A stretch of DNA of 64,000 nt from Macrostomum hystrix (taxonomy: Eukaryota > Animalia > Platyhelminthes), in the NCBI GenBank assembly GCA_950097015.1, contig CATNEN010000011.1, positions 2,976,001 to 3,040,000 of the forward strand. The letters are read 5' to 3'. A program made the translations under genes and the position numbers. Under the pieces are notes generated by a model. It had not been told where the DNA came from, did not search any database, and saw only the letters and a program-made list of their open reading frames with translations. The stretch's first letter is position 1; each line of letters begins with the position of its first letter. Shown here one piece after another: positions 56,801 through 64,000 of the stretch.

Positions 56801-59800
56801 GATCATGACACAATGAGGAGTAGATCATGACACAATGAGAAGTAGACCACGACACAATGAGGAGTAGACCACGACACAATGAGGAGTAGACCACGACACA
56901 ATGAGGAGTAGACCACGACACAATGAGAAGTAGACCACGACACAATGAGAAGTAGACCACGACACAATGAGAAGTAGACCACGACACAATGAGGAGTAGA
57001 CCACGACACAATGAGGAGTAGACCACGACACAATGAGAAGTAGACCACGACACAATGAGAAGTAGACCACGACACAATGAGAAGTAGACCACGACACAAT
57101 GAGGAGTAGACCACGACACAATGAGAAGTAGACCACGACACAATGAGAAGTAGACCACGACACAATGAGGAGTAGATCATGACACAATGAGGAGTAGATC
57201 ATGACACAATGAGAAGTAGACCACGACACAATGAGGAGTAGACCACGACACAATGAGGAGTAGACCACGACACAATGAGGAGTAGACCACGACACAATGA
57301 GAAGTAGACCACGACACAATGAGAAGTAGACCACGACACAATGAGAAGTAGACCACGACACAATGAGGAGTAGACCACGACACAATGAGGAGTAGACCAC
57401 GACACAATGAGAAGTAGACCACGACACAATGAGAAGTAGACCACGACACAATGAGAAGTAGACCACGACACAATGAGGAGTAGACCATGACACAATGAGG
57501 AGTAGATCATGACACAATGAGAAGTAGACCACGACACAATGAGGAGTAGACCACGACACAATGAGGAGTAGATCATGACACAATGAGAAGTAGACCACGA
57601 CACAATGAGAAGTAGACCACGGCACAATGAGAAGTAGACCACGACACAATGAGAAGTAGACCACGACACAATGAGAAGTAGACCACGACACAATGAGGAG
57701 TAGACCACGACACAATGAGAAGTAGACCACGACACAATGAGGAGTAGACCACGACACAATGAGAAGTAGACCACGACACAATGAGAAGTAGATCATGACA
57801 CAATGAGAAGCAGTCAATCAAACAATGAGAAGTAGTCAATCAGACTATGAAAAGTAGTCAATCAGACTATGAAAAGTAGTCAATCAGACTATGAGAAGTA
57901 GTCAATCAGACTATGAAAAGTAGTCAATCAGACTATGAGAAGTAGTAGTAGACAATTGAAACGATTTAGGACCATTCCATAATAAAAAGTGGCTAAAGCA
58001 GATGCACTGGACATCCTTGCTTATGAAATCTCCTCAGTGCCGACGAACGTCTCGAAGAGCGCCGCGAGGTGGCCGCCAAGGTGCACTACAATGGCACAGT
58101 GGAATGGCACCCAATGGCCATCTATAAAAGCGCCTGCGAGATTCGAATCGAATTCTTCCCATTCGATGTGCAGACCTGCGATCTCAAGTTTGGCCCGTGG
58201 ACCTACGACGGGTGAGGGATGGGATTGGATGGGATTGGATGGGATTAGATTAGATTTAGATGGGATCGGATGGGATCGGATGGGATCGGATGGGATTGGA
58301 TGGGATCGGATGGGATCGGATGGGATCGGATGGGATCGGATAGGATTGGATGGGATCGGATGGGATCGGATGGGATCGGATGGGATTGGATGGGATCGGA
58401 TAGGATTGGATGGGATCGGATGGGATCGGATGGGATCGGATGGGATTGGATGGGATTGGATGGGATTGGATGGGATCGGATGAGATTGGATGGGATTGGA
58501 TGGGATTAGATTGGATTTAGATGGGATCGGATGGGATCGGATGGGATCGGATAGGATTGGATAGGATTGGATGGGATCGGATGGGATCGGATGGGATTGG
58601 ATGGGATCGGATGGGATTGGATAGGATTGGATGGGATTGGATGGAATTAGAGATATGATTAGGGATCGGATTAGGGATAGGATTGGGATGGGATTGGGAT
58701 GGGATTGGGGATGGGATTGGGGATAGGATTGAGATGGGATTTGGGATAGAATCGGGGTGGGATCGGGGATGGGATTGGGGGTAGGATTGGGGATGGGATT
58801 GTGTGGGATTCGGGTTGAATTTGGATGGAAGACAGGCCTGGATCATGGTTTCATTGGGATTAAGATTTGGATTTAAATAACTCAATTCTGGATGGGATAT
58901 TGTGATGAATTTATTAAATCTAGACAAGTTAAAAATCCCATTTGAAACTTTGAAATCCTACTAAGCTCTAATTGTCCATTGTCCAATTGACACCATGCCA
59001 GTTGGCGCGTGAACATCACCTATTATCACAAGAAGATGGAGAGCGCATTCGACATCAGCGAAATGATTCCTAGTCCTGAGTGGAAGATTCTCAACCAATC
59101 GGCCGTTTACAGCTCGGTGGTGTATCCATGCTGTCCGGAGCCTTTTGTCGACATCACATTTCGCATCTATATGAAGCGAGACACTCCGTTCTACACATTC
59201 ATTCTCATCCTGCCCTGCTTCCTGCTGTCGTCTCTCACCCTCGTGCTATTCTGGCTGCCACCGGAAACCCCGGCAAAGATGGTGCTGGGTGAGGTCGCTG
59301 TTCTCTCGATTAACATGCGTACTTTTGCAATTCAAAAACATGGCCACATAAAAATCGCCTGACATTGACTGATTGTCTATGGGCGGGCAATGTATTATAA
59401 TTGTATTGTAGTCTTGCGTTAGAGCGTCAGGTCAGGGGTTCGATCCCCAACTCCACTCGAACAGTTTAGCAAGACACTTAACTCTGCATTGCTTCAGTTC
59501 ACCCAGCTGTTAAATGGGAACCAGCATCAGCTGGGGTAATTGAAGGTGGGTGTGGCGTCCCTCCCAGTCCATGGACTGAACAGCCGTACGCAGCCTTCAG
59601 ATGCGCAATAGCTGCGGCTGTGCTGTCGGCTGCACACCTGGCCCAATCGGGGGCAGGTGTAATAAATTATTCATTATTATATTAATATATGTTTACTAAA
59701 AATAAACGAATTTCAGGTATGAACATATTTGTCGCCTTCTTCCTGCTCATGCTGCTTTTGGAGAAGCAGACACCAGCGGCGTCCGACTCGTTTCCTAGAA

Positions 59801-62800
59801 TCGGTAATTTCGAATTTTTTTCTTTTCCCGTAAAATTTTTGACCGAATAAAACTTTAGTTTATAAAAAAACACTTTTTATAGTTTTTAATGAATTCGGCT
59901 ATTTGTGAATATTTCTATTCCCGAACGATGCGGCACGGGAAATCATTTTTGTTTTACTGATGATACATTTTTTATTATAACCATTTTTTATTTTATTTTA
60001 TATTTTATATTTTTATTTTATGATAATGTAATTTTTTCATTTTTTAATATATATTATATAAATTATATTATATATTTTCCTTTTCTACTATTTTCTTTTT
60101 TTAAACTAAAAACCCAATTCGTTTCAATTAGACGTTTAATTCGTTCAATTAGACGTTCAATTAGACGTTTAATTCGTTTAAGCCAAACTTCTAGATTTCA
60201 AGTTCAAATAAAAAACATCGTTACAGCTAGTTAATTTTTTTTACAATTCTTGTACTTAAAAAAAACAACATTGAAGTGGAAAAAAGTTTAATTAAGGTCT
60301 TATCGTGTTTTTACCCTGGATGAAAACAAAAAAATAGTTAGCTAGCGAAGAATAATGCTAAAATTATATATCAGCTCAACTCTAGCTTGAGCAGTGACAC
60401 TGCAGATGTGGGCGTCCCGGGCCGGCATGGACAGATCCCCTGACATTGACTAGCCTTATTCCCATCCCGGCCTAATCCCTCAATCCGACCTGCCCTCTCA
60501 GAATAGACCTGTGTTAAAGTCTTCTGAATCGAGTCTCTGGACTGCCTCGTCTTTCTCTGTCTCTCATAATTAATAGATTTTCCAGTGCTGAGAAGTCTCC
60601 CAAGCCCTGATCTGAGTTCCAGGCTTGAACTCATCCTAGGTGGCCTTTGTGTCAGCATTTTTGCTTAACTGCATGCCTCACCCACTGCTGACTGCTGCAA
60701 CGGCTTGGGCTAAATTACTCAGTCACTTTCAGTCTCTCTAAATTTGGCTCAATCAGTCTTAACTGTGAACCACTCTCAGTCACTCTCAGTCACTCTCAGA
60801 CACTCTCAGACACTCTCAGTCACTCTCAGACACTCTCAGACACTCACAGACACTCTCAGTCACTCTCAGACACTCTCAGACACTCTCAGTCACTCTTCAT
60901 CACTCTCAATCACTCTTCATCACTCTCAGTCACTCTTCATCACTCTCAGTCACTCTTCATCACTCTCAGTCACTCTGTGTCACTCTCAATCACTCTTCAT
61001 CACTCTCAGTCACTCTTCATCACTCTCAGTCACTCTTCATCGCTCTCAGTCACTCTTCATCACTCTCAGTTACTCTTCATCACTCTCAGTCACTCTTCAT
61101 CACTCTCAGTCGCTCTTCATCGCTCTCAGTCACTCTCAATCGCTCTCAGTCACTCTTCATCACTCTCAGTCACTCTTCATCACTCTCAATCACTCTTCAT
61201 CACTCTCAGTCACTCTTCATCACTCTCAGTCACTCTTCATCGCTCTCAGACACTCTTCATCACTCTCAGTCACTCTTCATCACTCTCAATCACTCTTCAT
61301 CACTCTCAGTCACTCTTCATCACTCTCAGTCACTCTTCATCGCTCTCAGACACTCTTCATCGCTCTCAGTCACTCTTCATCGCTCTCAGTTACTCTTCAT
61401 CACTCTCAGTCACTCTGTGTCACTCTCAGTCACTCTTCATCACTCTCAGTCACTCTTCATCACTCTCAGTCACTCTTCATCACTCTCAGTCACTCTTCAT
61501 CGCTCTCAGACACTCTTCATCGCTCTCAGTCACTCTTCATCGCTCTCAGTCACTCTTCATCGCTCTCAGTCACTCTCAATCGCTGTCAGTTACTCTCAGA
61601 CACTCCTTGACACTCTCAAACACTCTCTGATCTCTCTGTCACCCTCAATTGTACTCAGTCACTCTCGGGTATCTAACCAAATAATTTTACTATAATTGGA
61701 GTGCTGAATTTTTCATTAACAACAAACTATTCGTTCCCCAAAGTAATTTAAGCAACATTAATTTTAAGACACAAAAATCTTTCAGGTCAATACTACTGCT
61801 TGAACATGGGCATCATCACACTATCAACATTTCTCTGCGTTATTGTTGTCAATTTTCATTTTCGCGGCGACAACCGACAGGAAGTGCCGTTTTGGCTCAA
61901 AAAGGTGGGCAGTACGTTTAGTGTGTTTGCATTGGGGTGGGTGTAGATTGTATAATTTGGGGTGGGTGTAGATTGTGAAACTTGGGGTGGGTGTAGATTG
62001 TATAATTTGGGGTGGGTGTAGATTGTATAATTTGGGGTGGGTGTAGATTGTGAAACTTGGGGTGGGTGTAGATTGTATAATTTGGGGTGGGTGTAGATTG
62101 TATAATTTGGGGTGGGTGTAGATTGTGTAATTTGGGGTGGGTGTAGATTGTGTAATTTGGGGTGGGTGTAGATTGTATAATTTGGGGTGGGTGTAGATTG
62201 TATAATTTGGGGTGGGTGTAGATTGTGTAATTTGGGGTGGGTGTAGATTGTGTAATTTGGGGTGGGTGTAGATTGTATAATTTGGGGTGGGTGTAGATTG
62301 TATAATTTGGGGTGGGTGTAGATTGTGTAATTTGGGGTGGGTGTAGATTGTGTAATTTGGGGTGGGTGTAGATTGTATAATTTGGGGTGGGTGTAGATTG
62401 TGTAATTTGGGGTGGGTGTAGATTGTGTAATTTGGGGTGGGTGTAGATTGTGTAATTTGGGGTGGGTGTAGATTGTGTAATTTGGGGTGGGTGTAGATTG
62501 TGTAATTTGGGGTGGGTGTGCTGCATTGTGTCGCATTTTAAATAACATTTACATTTTTTGATTCAGCTGGCCATTGTCCATGGCGCTCGCCTGTTATGCG
62601 TTAACTTAAACAAGCCGGCTGCTCCTCAGCAGCATCAGCAGCAGCAGCTGCTGCAGCAGCAGCATCAGAAATCAAGCAACAGAAATCAGCAGCAGCAGCA
62701 GCAGCGGAAGCATCAGCAGCAGCGCCCGGAGGAGCTTCCAATGCACGCGACAGGAATCCACTCGCCTGGTTTCACCAATCAGAACCAGGTCGGCCACAAC

Positions 62801-63685
62801 AGCGGCGGTAGTCCCACCTCCACGACTTCTTATTCAACAACGGGGCGCAGGGGACACCACCTGCTGCCGTTGCAGCATCAGCAGCAGCAGCAACAGCAGC
62901 AGCAGCAGTATCCCAACTTCAACGCAGAAGATGTCTACCATCAGGCGCATCATCAGCAGCGCGGAGGGCTTATGGGGGCCGCCGGCCCCTCTTCGCAGCC
63001 TGGAGTTTTTGCTGAAGTTGACGAAATGCTGCTGCAGTGCTTGCCAAGGTGGGTCCGCGACCGTTCAGTCCATGGACAGAATCCTAATTTCTAACCTCAT
63101 AGTATGATTCCAGCTTTCCACTGTGCAACAAGCTCAGTAGTCTGCCAATCTAATCTACCAATCTAATCTACCAATCTAATCTAGCAATCTAATCTACCAA
63201 TCTGTCTACCTTTCTGTCTACCTTTCTGTCTACCAATCTGTCTACCTTTCTGTCTACCTTTCTGTCTACCAATCTGTCTACATTTCTGTCTACCAATCTG
63301 TCTACCTTTCTGTCTACCAATCTGTCTACCTTTCTGTCTACCAATCTGTCTACCTTTCTGTCTACCTTTCTGTCTACCAATCTGTCTACCTTTCTGTCTA
63401 CCAATCTGTCTACCTTTCTGTCTACCAATCTGTCTACCTTTCTGTCTACCTTTCAATATTTGCACATTGTTCATCTCACGCAGGTGTGTACATCTACTCT
63501 GACTTTCTCATCGTCAGGCAGTGTACACTCTCACTGTGCCTTGGAGGTTGGCCCTTAAGTTTCTAAATTGTGCAAACGACAACCCCAAGCCTTCTCTCCG
63601 GTGTTGCACATCTCAGTAAACTTGAATTGATCTGTCATCTAGGCAACTGCTCCTGCAACAGCAGCAGCATCAGCAGTTGCTCCGT

Positions 63686-63718
<33 letters not shown>

Positions 63719-64000
63719 CAGAGGCAGCAGCACAGATCTGGCGGCGGCTCCGAGATGTTCCCAGCTGCCGTTCTAGACGCCGCCACTCGTCGTCGCATCA
63801 ACATGCTGACCAAGGATGTTCAAGACATTGTCAAGGCCCTGCGCTATATTCAGCGCCTGCACGAGAATCGGGAACGCGTCAACAAGATCGTGCAGGAGTG
63901 GCGCAGTGTCGGCCTTGTGCTGGACCGTTTGTTCTTTGTCATCTATTTCATCACCATCGCAGTCTCCTCGGTGGGATTTTTCAGCTCTAGCGATACCGTG
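50501..64000 (+). CDS. Nicotinic acetylcholine receptor alpha-type subunit (Cys-loop LGIC), probably anion-selective; exons ~50501-50885, 55349-55458, 58038-58211, 59002-59288, 59717-59803, 61786-61904, 62567-63048, 63643->64000; start codon and stop not located
   Basis: Signal peptide; [15 protein letters not shown]; [11 protein letters not shown]; [10 protein letters not shown]; Cys-loop [15 protein letters not shown]; GPWTYDG; loop C YPCCPEPF; M1 to M4, including [18 protein letters not shown]. All seven junctions are GT-AG with matching phases. Confidence 0.95.
50895..51120. repeat. 13-bp array (TCTAACAGTTGTG)
   Basis: nAChR intron. Confidence 0.9.
51675..51925. repeat. ~19-20-bp array (GGGGAGAAAGATGGAAGGA)
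   Basis: Direct inspection. Confidence 0.9.
52700..53980. repeat. 12-bp array (AGTGA(G/C)TGACAG)
   Basis: Direct inspection. Confidence 0.95.
54505..55305. repeat. 46-bp array (TCAGTCAGTTCTGTCTAACATGTTCTCAGCTCAACTAGAACAAGAA), ~17 units
   Basis: Direct inspection. Confidence 0.95.
55349..55458 (+). CDS. nAChR exon (110 nt, loop A)
   Basis: CCTTAG|[36 protein letters not shown]-ta|GTAAGT. Confidence 0.93.
56005..57945. repeat. 22-bp array (GTAGACCACGACACAATGAG(A/G)A), ~80 units, ending in a related 22-bp variant
   Basis: Direct inspection. Confidence 0.97.
58038..58211 (+). CDS. nAChR exon (Cys-loop, loop B)
   Basis: CTCAG|[12 protein letters not shown]...[29 protein letters not shown]-gg|GTGAGG. 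Confidence 0.94.
58212..58850. repeat. 5/10-bp (TGGGA/TCGGA/TTGGA) satellite
   Basis: Begins immediately at the splice donor. Confidence 0.9.
59002..59288 (+). CDS. nAChR exon (loop C, M1, M1-M2 linker)
   Basis: EWKIL...[14 protein letters not shown]...[30 protein letters not shown]-g|GTGAGG. Confidence 0.94.
59410..59680 (+). mobile_element. tRNA-derived SINE family B (CORE-like domain), copy 2
   Basis: B-box GGGGTTCGATCCCC at 59435, core AGCAAGACACTTAACTCTGCATTGCTTCAGTTCACCCAGCTGTTAAATGGG at 59468, AT-rich tail. Confidence 0.75.
59717..59803 (+). CDS. nAChR exon (M2)
   Basis: TTTCAG|[31 protein letters not shown]|GTAATT. Confidence 0.92.
60770..61640. repeat. 10/20-bp array (CACTCTCAGTCACTCTTCAT)
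   Basis: Direct inspection. Confidence 0.95.
61786..61904 (+). CDS. nAChR exon (M3)
   Basis: TTTCAG|[41 protein letters not shown]|GTGGGC. Confidence 0.92.
61930..62520. repeat. 25-bp G-rich array (GGGGTGGGTGTAGATTGT(A/G)TAATTT), ~23 units
   Basis: Direct inspection. Confidence 0.95.
62567..63048 (+). CDS. nAChR exon (Q-rich M3-M4 loop)
   Basis: ATTCAG|[12 protein letters not shown]...LQCLP-ag|GTGGGT. Confidence 0.85.
63150..63450. repeat. 12-bp array (TCTGTCTACC(TT/AA))
   Basis: Direct inspection. Confidence 0.9.
63481..63557 (-). mobile_element. SINE family A internal fragment
   Basis: Reverse complement GGGCCAACCTCCAAGGCACAGTGAGAGTGTACACTGCCTGACGATGAGAAAGTCAG matches the family body. 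Confidence 0.7.
63643..64000 (+). CDS. nAChR exon (MA helix and M4), runs off the window
   Basis: CTAG|g-QLLLQQ...KALRYIQ...[31 protein letters not shown]. Confidence 0.92.

Noticed and set aside
47593-57839. Long repetitive ORFs (47593-48511, 52485-53956, 55888-57839)
   Set aside because: All are translations of tandem arrays upstream of or inside introns of the nAChR gene, with no domain signal.
58212-58850. Telomeric or interstitial telomere repeat
   Set aside because: The unit is TGGGA/TCGGA, not TTAGGG.

Overview
Eukaryotic (animal) genomic DNA with GC-rich exons, polyQ/polyA-rich proteins and introns full of minisatellites. The style suggests a flatworm such as Macrostomum, which is an inference from composition and gene content only. 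Five spliced genes can be rebuilt, all on the + strand: two tandem PGAM5-like phosphatases (2479-3948, 5377-6863); a SAM-domain plus TKL-type kinase-fold protein lacking the catalytic Asp (8856-13511); a complete Drosha in 5 coding exons (16992-37516, 1463 aa); and a nicotinic acetylcholine receptor alpha-type subunit with a Pro-Ala anion-filter motif (about 50501 to the window edge). The 12.5-kb third intron of Drosha holds a 5'-truncated mariner and an antisense, decaying zinc-finger plus tyrosine-recombinase (Crypton-like) reading frame. Also present are two tRNA-derived SINE families, a two-copy MITE with TIRs and 2-bp TSDs, and about 30 tandem-repeat arrays. Best leads: (1) the tyrosine-recombinase element inside Drosha; (2) the two PGAM5 paralogs have introns at different AG|G sites, and those introns carry the same 23-bp minisatellite in opposite orientations, which suggests repeat-mediated intron gain; (3) the SAM-pseudokinase; (4) the putative ACh-gated chloride channel. 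No database searches were run; family assignments rest on recognised motifs.
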